Source: Caecitellus pseudoparvulus (Eukaryota > Protista > Bigyra: Bicosoecida). Taken from it: DNA of 64,000 bases. The position numbers and the translations under genes were made by a program. The notes under the pieces were generated by a model. It ran no database searches and was not told the DNA's origin. It saw only the letters and a program-made list of their open reading frames with translations. Positions 47,370 through 55,700 of the stretch are shown piece after piece. The DNA is taken from contig CBFFRQ010000018.1 of the NCBI GenBank assembly GCA_965644315.1, positions 496,001 through 560,000 of the forward strand, in the 5' to 3' direction. Positions within the stretch are counted from its first letter, which is position 1. Each line of letters opens with the position of its first letter.

Positions 47370-47621
47370 GGCGTGGTGGCAAAACGTGCCTGAAACGGCA
47401 GCCAAAGCGAGGGAGTCTTCGTGCAGAGTCAAGGAGTCAGATGCATGCCCAACGGTCATTGAAGTTGTGCAGACAATACATTTGATGAAACCTCACACGT
47501 GGAGAGTGTTTGGGCCCCTCGTTCAAGCGCAGGGCAAGTTGGCCTTGTTGCTCTCAGGGCAGAAGTCGCCAGGACATGAAGCCAGCCCGGAAAGCGAAAT
47601 ATCGTGACATGCAGTTCCATA

Positions 47622-48679
47622 TCACCTGCCAGCCCCCGAAGATGCCGAGTCACTTGAGAGAGGATCGAGGGTTGCCTTGATCGCCGGCCTCAAGAGCTCG
47701 TACATGGTCAGGGTGATGGCACCTGCCGGCACAACCCGCACGACGTTTGCGGAGAAGCCAGCATAAAACAGCCCCAGCCCACCATCTGCATACGTTCTCT
47801 TCGTGCAGTCCCACAGACCTCGGAAAGGGGCTTCCCCACTCATGCTGCGCTGTTGCATCCGGGCCTTGAGAACTTGGTACGGGTATGTCACGGTCGTCGC
47901 AACCAGCTTGGACACGCTGCCGATGAGGAACGTGGAGCTCATGCCCCCCAGCGTCTGCCGATCTGCAGGAACAAAGCGCTTGAGCTCTTCGTACATGGCA
48001 AACTGAGCAGTGTGGCGGGGGGGGGGGAGTGGATGCGGGAGCGGCCTGGGCTGACCACATCTCTGGCAGCCTCACCTGGATAGCGCCATGGGACGTGAGC
48101 AGAAGCGCTGGGACAACGCCACGATACAGGGCCAGCGCACCCTCCTCACGAACCACGGAAGTCAGAGCGTCTGCGATGGCGGTAGGGGTGGCGTTGGCAC
48201 GCAGCGAAAAGCCAGCAGTGTGCTGGCGACGGACCGAAGACCCCTCTGTAGTGCTTCCTGCCGTGCCCGAGCTCCTTCCCATCTTGCTGAAGCTGCATGC
48301 GCGTTTTGATCATCCACACTGGGTTGGTGAACATGACCACTGCGGAGCCTGCTCCAATAGCTGCCAGCATGTGCTCCCAATAGGACAGCCGTGTTTCGCC
48401 TGGCTCATGGAAATTCCGCAACACGACGCCCTTGGCGTGCTCATAAAACGGCATGTACAGCCCCCAAGCCATGCTAGAACCCAACATCGCGGGAACCACT
48501 CCCTTGTACAGGGCCATGATGCCTTCCGTGCGCACAATGGTGAGCAGGGCATCTGCCAAGCTCTTGTATGCCCGAGAGGACCCGGACCAGACCTGGTACC
48601 GCACCTTCACAACGTCGACAGGCTGCAGCGCAACTGTGCTAATGGCGCCCGCCAAGGCGCCTGCAATGAGGTTGTCCAT
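47622..48679 (-). CDS. Mitochondrial carrier, folate/FAD transporter (SLC25A32/FLX1-like), multi-exon
   Basis: Three carrier signatures QPVDVVKVRYQ, TNPVWMIKTRMQLQ and TYPYQVLKARMQ. SHGAIQF..YEELK is typical of the SLC25A32 clade. Confidence 0.85.
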
Positions 48680-49014
48680 AGCAGGTGCTGCAGAGCCATT
48701 CGCGTTGCTCCTGCACCATAGCTGGCATCCCAACCCCCCCATGCCGTTGCTGCAGTACCTGAGTTGTTTGTCAGGGCTTTCTCTGATGCAGCGAGAGTCG
48801 CTCCCCCCCCCCCCCCCCTTTCACAGCTGCTCCTTCCATCACATCCACTCGCATGGACACATCCGAGTGAACCCTGAATCTTGGTGAGCGGGCTGGGGCT
48901 GGTGCAGTACCCTCCCGCCTCTCCAGCTGCTTGCAAGCTGCAGTGGGCGAGACGCGGAACTGATTTCCGCTCAAGCTTGCCGAGCTGATGCGGAACCGCA
49001 CAGAGAAAGCCGGC

Positions 49015-49777
49015 ATGGCGACAGCCCAGACCCAAGCGGCAGACCCAAGCCCCCTAGTTCCATCTTCAGAGCACCTTGATCGCGAACAGCGTCCAGACAC
49101 TGGTATGTGCCGTCTCGTGTTCACAGGCGGCATACGTCACATTGGCACCGCCACGCCAACTGCCTTTCCCCCCCCTCTGCGCAGAGGAATACGCCGTGAA
49201 GAACGAACGGGTGAGAGAGAAAAGTGACAAGACATGGAGATATGTCAGAGGCACAGTCATGCTCCTTGTGTCGGTGGGCGTGCTGCTGTAGGTGGCGCCG
49301 TACGCTTTGGCTGTGGCTCACACCACATGAAAGACTCCACCCCACCACGCTCAGGGGCTGCTTCCTATCGAATGCCACTCGGTGGTGGAGGGTATGGTTC
49401 TTCCTTCCAGGGCTCCTCATGGTGCACGAGTACCTCACTGGGTACCGTGGCTTGTGAGGCGCAGCTGCGGTACGTGCGGGCTCATGGCAGGTCTGCCCGG
49501 TCTGCACACTTGCAGTTCTCCTGCTCGACGAACCTCGCGCAGGTAGGATACTGGAACCCTGATGGCAAAGGGTACCGCCCTGTTCCTGCGAAGTATAAGG
49601 AGTTCGCAGCCAAGATGCAGGTGTGTACAAGTGCCGTTGCTTGCAACCCAGCTGGCCGCAACGCATTGGCCTCCTCGCGACCTGGCACAGGCACGATATT
49701 ACCAACACTTGGGCATTGTGACTGCTATTACTCTGGTCCTCACGGCCGCCGTGGTGGCCATCCCGGAGGATTTGTAG
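49015..49777 (+). CDS. Putative membrane selenoprotein (MSP-like), 5 exons, UGA-Sec at 49455-49457
   Basis: Exons 49015-49102, 49185-49287, 49355-49469, 49543-49620 and 49691-49777 (all GT-AG) give ...RYVRGTVMLLVSVGVLLGCFLSNATRWWRVWFFLPGLLMVHEYLTGYRGL[TGA]GAAAVGYWNPDGKGYRPVP...MQARYYQHLGIVTAITLVLTAAVVAIPEDL*. A SECIS-like hairpin lies about 60 nt downstream. Confidence 0.75.
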
Positions 49778-49831
49778 CTCACCTGTCCTGCAAGCCGGCG
49801 TGCAGGCTCCACGCCCCCGAGAGCTGACCCC

Positions 49832-49888
49832 GCACAGACGACGGGGCTTGCTGCAACTGCTTCATGCAGATGCAAGCCCCCGATATGC
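49832..49888 (+). promoter_or_regulatory. Candidate type II SECIS element with non-canonical ACGA core
   Basis: ACGAC (49838-42), GGGGCTTGC (49843-51), TGC, AA (49855-56), mini-stem CTGC/TTCAT/GCAG, AT, GCAAGCCCC (49872-80), CGAT (49881-84). This gives a perfect 9-bp helix II, tandem GA/GA quartet geometry and apical AA 13 nt after the core. Confidence 0.7.
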
Positions 49889-50288
49889 CTTGCCAGGCAA
49901 GCGGTGCGCTCCGGGTCTTTGTGGAGAATGCATGGTGTGTCATGGATGCAGTCAGTGCTTTGGTGCCCCGAGCTACAGGCTGCCACGAGTAGCCAACGAG
50001 CATGGGAACTTCGCTGATGTAGTGGTTGGGTAACCTACACGGGCGCCATGAGAGGGGAGCTCTCCAGGGCTTGCTGGGGGCAGCACGTGAGGGCAGGCTG
50101 CGCTCGCCTGAGCAGGCCACGACGGCTCATCGACGCATTGCCCAAGAGGAGACAAAAACACTGCCACCCTGGAGGCAAGAGTCCAGTGGGGATGGCGCCA
50201 CTTTGGAAGGCGCATTCGAGCTGTCAGTTTGTGCGTGGGGCTGCCCCGCCCACGCCGGGTGCCTGCCTCGCACACACCACTCGCAGCC

Positions 50289-52742
50289 ATGCTTCCCACG
50301 ACGACGGAGGGCTACAAAGGCGACAAGGCGCGGCGATGGCAGGTGGCATGCAGCTCAGTGACGAAGAAGCAGGCTGCTGTCGTCGTGGCATGCCTCGTGG
50401 CCGTGTACATGGTGCTGGCCATGATGTCTGGCTCGGCGGCAGACGTTCCCGGCGAAAGGCGGGGAGCGTCGTCGGCAGCTATTGGCTCTGTGCCTTCGCC
50501 GGAAGGGGAACAGCAGGGCCTCGCGGGGGATTCAAGAGGCCCAGAAGGTGGTGATGCAGTGCTCAAGCCAGATGGGGGACTCCCCCCTGGCCCGCAGGCT
50601 CCCCCGGCGGCAGGCGGGGTGGCTGGTGCGGAAATTGAGCCGCCACAGCCACCAGCCCAAATTGAAGGTGGGGAGCACATGCCCTTCCAGAAGAAGGTTG
50701 TTCTGGAAGACCCCGCGCCAACTCCACCCGCTCCGCCCAGCAAGCTAACTGCAAGCTTGTCTGAAGGCAAAGGAACGTCTCACCCCGGGCAAGGAAGCGC
50801 CGGGGAGCAGGCGTCCACTTCCAGTGCCTTGCCACCGCCGTCGCTGACAGGCAAGGCCAAGGGCTCCTCTGAAGAAGAGCCTCAGGTAGCAATGCCACCT
50901 TCCTTGGAAACACAGCGACCCAGGAGTGGGCATGACGAAGCCAAGCCCGAGGCTCCCCCGCCGAAGCCAGCGGCCACCCACTCAAGCAGGCTGGGGTCCC
51001 TGCCGAAGCTGCCTGCCGACAAAGCCAAGCAGGCCGCCGTGCGGGACATGTTCAAGCATGCGTGGCAGGGGTACAGGGACTTTGCATGGGGGAAAGATGC
51101 CCTGCGGCCGGTCTCCAAGTCGGCGGATGACAACTTCCTCGGCATGGGGGCGACAGCCGTGGATGCCATGGACACCCTGCTGATCATGGGGCTGGTGGAG
51201 GAGTACGAAGCTGCAGAGGACTGGGTACTGCACAACCTGCACTTCACTGCACAGCGCGGGGTGAGCGTGTTCGAGACGACCATCCGCGTTCTGGGGGGCC
51301 TCCTCTCAGCGTATGACCTGACCGACACCCTGCAAAGCTATTTCAAGGTGGACGCGCCCCTGTCCACACACAGGAAGGCCCTGCTGGAGCGAGCAGCCGA
51401 ATGTGCAGATGCATTGAAGTTCGCCTTCGACACTGCGACAGGCATCCCGTACGGGACAGTGTCGCTGGGGCCGGGGCGCCGGGCGTACAACCCGTCTTGG
51501 GCAGGCCGCGCGTCCTCCACCGCCGAGGCAATGACACTGCAACTGGAGTGGGAGTACTTGGCCAAGGCCACTGGGCGGCAGGAGTACGCCACGCTCGTGA
51601 GGCGGACGATGGCTGCCTTCCACAAGGCAGACCCAGAGGATCACCTGCTGCGCACTCGCATCGACCCATCCACGGGGCGGTGGGCAAACCAAGAAATCAA
51701 GCTCGGGGCGAATGGGGACTCGGCTTTTGAGTACTTGGTGAAGCAGTGGGTGTGGAGCGGTGGATGGCGGCGGGATGCGGCGCGGCAGCCTTGGACAGGC
51801 TCCCTGCAAGACATGCCGAACGGGCAGGCTGCCGAGGAGCGTGCATGGGATGGCGCGCTGCGAGGCGGCGCCAGGGCACCTGCCAAGGAGCCCACGCCCG
51901 CTGGCCCTATTAACCAGCAAGTCGCCAGCCAAGTGGAAGGCGACTACTTTGACGCAGTCCGGAGCCTGTATGACAAGACCGTGCACGGTATAAAGAGCCA
52001 CTTGGTGCACTTGACAGATGCGCCGATGCACGACCCACCGCTGGCTTTCATCTCAGAGCGCCAAGGGCAGCGCATCAGCCACAAGATGGACCACTTGGTA
52101 TGTTTTGCAGGGGGCATGCTGGCACTTGGTGCCGAGTCTGCGTGGGGGGCAGCCCCAAAGCCTGGCTGGGATCGGGCAGCGTACGAGGGCTTGCACCAAC
52201 AAGCTGCCGGCGGGGAGTTTGGGGCGAGCGGCGCACCGCCGTCGAGGGAGGAACTCTTGGCCCTGCAAGACGAGGATGACATGCGTCTGGCCGCTGAGTT
52301 GACGCGCACGTGCCATGAGATGTACACCTTCACAGCCAGCGGCCTTGCCCCGGAGATCGTGAAGTTTACAGGCGGTGAGGGTGGCCTGCGCATGATTGTG
52401 GACCCTGGTGCCAAGCACTGCTTGCTCAGGCCTGAGGCAGTGGAGTCCTTCTATGTCATGTACCGCTTGACTGGGGATGAAAAGTACCGCGACTGGGGCT
52501 GGGACGTGGTGCAGGCCATCGAGAAGCACGCTCGCATCGAGAGTGGCGGGTATTCCTCCATCCGGGATGTCACACACATCCCCGTGCAATACCGTGACCA
52601 CCAGGAAAGCTTCTTCCTCGCAGAAACGCTAAAGTACCTGTACTTGCTTTTTTCAGACAGCGACTTGATTCCTCTGGACAAGTACGTGTTCAACACAGAG
52701 GCACACCCGTTGAGCATCCTGGGATCTGCTGCGCCAGCCTGA
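50289..52742 (+). CDS. Class I alpha-1,2-mannosidase (GH47; MNS1/MAN1-like), type II membrane protein
   Basis: N-terminal TM helix and Pro-rich stem, then FKHAWQGY, DAMDTL, SVFETTIRVLGGLLSAY, LGANGDSAFEYLVK, MDHLVCF, LLRPEAVES, ESFFLAETLKYLYLLF and FNTEAHP. Confidence 0.95.
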   Translation: MLPTTTEGYKGDKARRWQVACSSVTKKQAAVVVACLVAVYMVLAMMSGSAADVPGERRGASSAAIGSVPSPEGEQQGLAGDSRGPEGGDAVLKPDGGLPPGPQAPPAAGGVAGAEIEPPQPPAQIEGGEHMPFQKKVVLEDPAPTPPAPPSKLTASLSEGKGTSHPGQGSAGEQASTSSALPPPSLTGKAKGSSEEEPQVAMPPSLETQRPRSGHDEAKPEAPPPKPAATHSSRLGSLPKLPADKAKQAAVRDMFKHAWQGYRDFAWGKDALRPVSKSADDNFLGMGATAVDAMDTLLIMGLVEEYEAAEDWVLHNLHFTAQRGVSVFETTIRVLGGLLSAYDLTDTLQSYFKVDAPLSTHRKALLERAAECADALKFAFDTATGIPYGTVSLGPGRRAYNPSWAGRASSTAEAMTLQLEWEYLAKATGRQEYATLVRRTMAAFHKADPEDHLLRTRIDPSTGRWANQEIKLGANGDSAFEYLVKQWVWSGGWRRDAARQPWTGSLQDMPNGQAAEERAWDGALRGGARAPAKEPTPAGPINQQVASQVEGDYFDAVRSLYDKTVHGIKSHLVHLTDAPMHDPPLAFISERQGQRISHKMDHLVCFAGGMLALGAESAWGAAPKPGWDRAAYEGLHQQAAGGEFGASGAPPSREELLALQDEDDMRLAAELTRTCHEMYTFTASGLAPEIVKFTGGEGGLRMIVDPGAKHCLLRPEAVESFYVMYRLTGDEKYRDWGWDVVQAIEKHARIESGGYSSIRDVTHIPVQYRDHQESFFLAETLKYLYLLFSDSDLIPLDKYVFNTEAHPLSILGSAAPA

Positions 52743-52775
52743 CAGCGCTCCCAGCCAATGCAACCGTGCAGTCGT

Positions 52776-55700
52776 TCAAACCTCATCATCGCTGCTGTCC
52801 AACAGGTCCACAACTTCACTGCTTTCAGCCTGACCCCCCGTTCGTGGCGGTGGTGTCGCCCGGCGCAGCCGTGGCCTCCTCCTCCTCTGTTGCAGCGGCT
52901 TCACCTCGCTTGCTGCCGCCGCCTCCACGGTCCCATGCGCAGAGCGGTCCCCCCAAACGCCAGCACGTGCACCAAAGACACGCTTCATCCGGTCAGAGTT
53001 CATGGCCACCATTGACTGCAGCTGAGAGACAATGGAGTCCAGCAATTCGTGCGAGCTGCTGCCCTGTCGAAGCTGCACTGAAGGTGACTCCGCCAGGTCC
53101 AGTGCGAACGCTGCTGCACCCAGCTTTTTCTGCTGCGCTTCCAAGATGTGCTCATCCAAGGTATCATTGCACATGATCCTGTACACCCGAACTTGTTCGG
53201 GCTGATTCATGCGGTGCACACGGTCCACTGCTTGGGCCTCCACTTGGGCGTTGTACCAGAGGTCCAGGAGAATCACGCGCGAGCAGAGGCGAGCCCAGGA
53301 CGGCTTGGCCGATGGAAATGCCTGAGGCCTCTTAACGGCAGCCAGGTCCAACCCCACCCCACCTGCTGGATATGTCATGAGCAAGACGTGCACTTCTTGC
53401 GACAGGTCCTTGAATGTGTCGATCACAGTGCTGCGCTCCTTCAGCGGCACGCTGCCATCGAAGCGCAGGACCCGAAGGCCCAGGTCCGCACATACGCCTT
53501 CCGCCAAGTCTAGCGTGCTGCTCCACATGGAAAATACGACGACGCGGTGTCCCTCGGGATTCTGCACCCCTTCCTCTGCTGACACATGCAGAATCTGAGC
53601 AAGCGTCTGCCGGAGCAGCGCAAGCTTCGTGCTTTCTCGGCCAACACCCTGCCCATTCCAACCAATTGAGAGTCGGCAGTAGGGGCATGGCTGAGGAAAA
53701 GTCGCTTGGGGGTTGAAGTGGGTGAACCACGTCGGAGGTCGGCTGTTGTAGCTGCAGTCTGCCAGCACGCGGAAGCGTCGCCGCCGCTGCGCCTCTGCCG
53801 CTCCGAGCAGCGCTTCCTCCACCCCCACTTGCCACTCCTCTCTGCTTGAGCAAGGGATCACCCAATCCCACCCTTCCTTCAGCTCCTGTCGCGCCAAGCC
53901 TCCGACGCTAGTCTCACTTGATGCCCGCGCATGGGCGTTCAAGGGGTGTTGAGCCTCCTCGGACTCCCACGTGCTTCCAGTTCTCGGGTCAGTGACAGTG
54001 TGCAGGGTCACTCGCCCCTCACCCACGGCCTGGGCACTGAGCATTTGGTAGCAGCCATCCCCACCGACGATCCATGCTGCCGTCGAGCTAACGTCTGGGC
54101 GGCAGGTTGGAAGCCGCAAGCGAAAGTACCCCTGTGGCCACTGCATGACCAGGCAGGCGACGGTGGCAAAGGAGTCACTCATGAAGGGCACAGGAGCAGG
54201 CACAGCGGCCGTGCAGTCCCAGCTCCCGACAGATACTGTCCCGTCGTCACGAATCGCAGACTTCGGGAGTAGGGGAAGGGATGGCGCGGGCTGTGCCTGC
54301 TCTGCCCCTGGCGTGGCATCCTGTGGCCCAGTGAAGTGCTCCAGTGCTGGCGCCCCAGGGAGCCCAAGCACAGACCCAACCTGCGCTTGGTCAAGGGCCC
54401 CGACAAACTTGTGACCGGCGGGTACGAACTCCACTGCAATGTCGGCGCATTGCGAAACCGGAGCCCCGCAAGCAGCCGCAGCGGTTGGCAAAGGCAGCCT
54501 TCGCACGATCCCACCCTCCGATTGACCCAGAACTTCCATCGGAATACTCGCCTTCATTCGATCTGAAGGGTTCAACATGTTGTCCAGGAAAGCCAACAGG
54601 CGGCGGGCAGCAATGCGCCAGGTTTCTAGCACTGCCGTTGCCGCCACAGGGCTGTGGCGGGCTGCGTGCAGTGTTGTCCGTGTCATGGTTGCAACGTGCC
54701 GGTTCAGAACGGAATGGCCGCACGAAAAGGACTGCTTTGCCCCCGCATTGCTGCCCGCTATTTCGCCGGATTCGTCGTCTTGCGCGTCCAGTAGGTTTGC
54801 CGAAAGCGTGGGTGGCAGGTCAGTACCTGGCAGGGTATCCCACTCCTCGTCGCCTCGCAGCGTTCCTCCGGCGGCAGGCAGGTCGCCGGAGCTGCCCAAG
54901 CATTGCACTCCTTCCGGGGTGAGGCGCATGGTTTGGAGCACGTGCTGGATGCCAACGTCATCGTCGCTCGTCGCCGTTGAGTAGCTTGTGAACATGCAAC
55001 CGCTCATGCAAGGTTCGATGCCGCCCGTGACAAGGCGGGTGCGCCGCAGGCCCTGCCACCACGAGCCTGCCGCACCCCCTTCCTCTGCTCGAGTCGGATC
55101 CACTGGGGTTGACTGAGGGGCCATGCTTGCGCTCCATGTGCCACAGGGGCGACGCCGCATGCTACTAGCGACGAGAAGCCGTGCCCTGCTCTCCAGCGGG
55201 GTGGCATGCAGGGTGTGCCCGCGAGTCAGGGTAGCCATGCAGTGAACCGTTATTTGGCGCTGCCTGATGAGGGACAGCAGGAAGTCTACCAGCGCAAGAT
55301 TCCTCACATTCACCTTGGCAACTGAAAAGCCCAGCTCCTCTCGCACACGGGACGCGTGCGATTGAGCGCCATCCCTGGTGCGTTTGCCGCGTCTGCGACT
55401 GGACCCTGGGACTGGTGCCTGGGAAGAGTGGGCAGCCTCAGCTTCTTCATACAGCTCCCCTGCCCGGGTCCAAGCAGTCACTTGGTCTGAATCAAGCACC
55501 TTGCCGTGCCGGGCGAGGATGATGAAATACAGCACTTGGGTGGCCACATTCTGCATCACCCCAAGCCGATGCTCGCCTTCGAGCGGGTGGGCAGGCTTAA
55601 ACTTCGACATCTTCGTCAACGCAGCGCTCACCTTCGAAGCATCGACCACCATTGTGGCCCAGAGTGCGTATGTTGACGTCTCCTCCACGCTGGACAGCTT

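Noticed and set aside
46408-48679. PPCDC (FMN enzyme of CoA synthesis) next to a folate/FAD carrier as a cofactor gene cluster
   Set aside because: The carrier signatures fit SLC25A32 rather than a CoA carrier, and adjacency is unremarkable in a gene-dense genome.
48803-48818. Poly-C run, and G runs such as the one near 48017-48028
   Set aside because: These are simple homopolymers in intergenic DNA or C-rich intron acceptor tracts, with no array, telomere or mobile-element structure.
49800-49837. CTGACCCCGCACAG just before the SECIS core resembles a branch point plus acceptor, suggesting a 3'-UTR intron that rebuilds helix I
   Set aside because: The nearest plausible donor gives an intron of about 38 nt, shorter than the others here. 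This cannot be resolved without transcripts.
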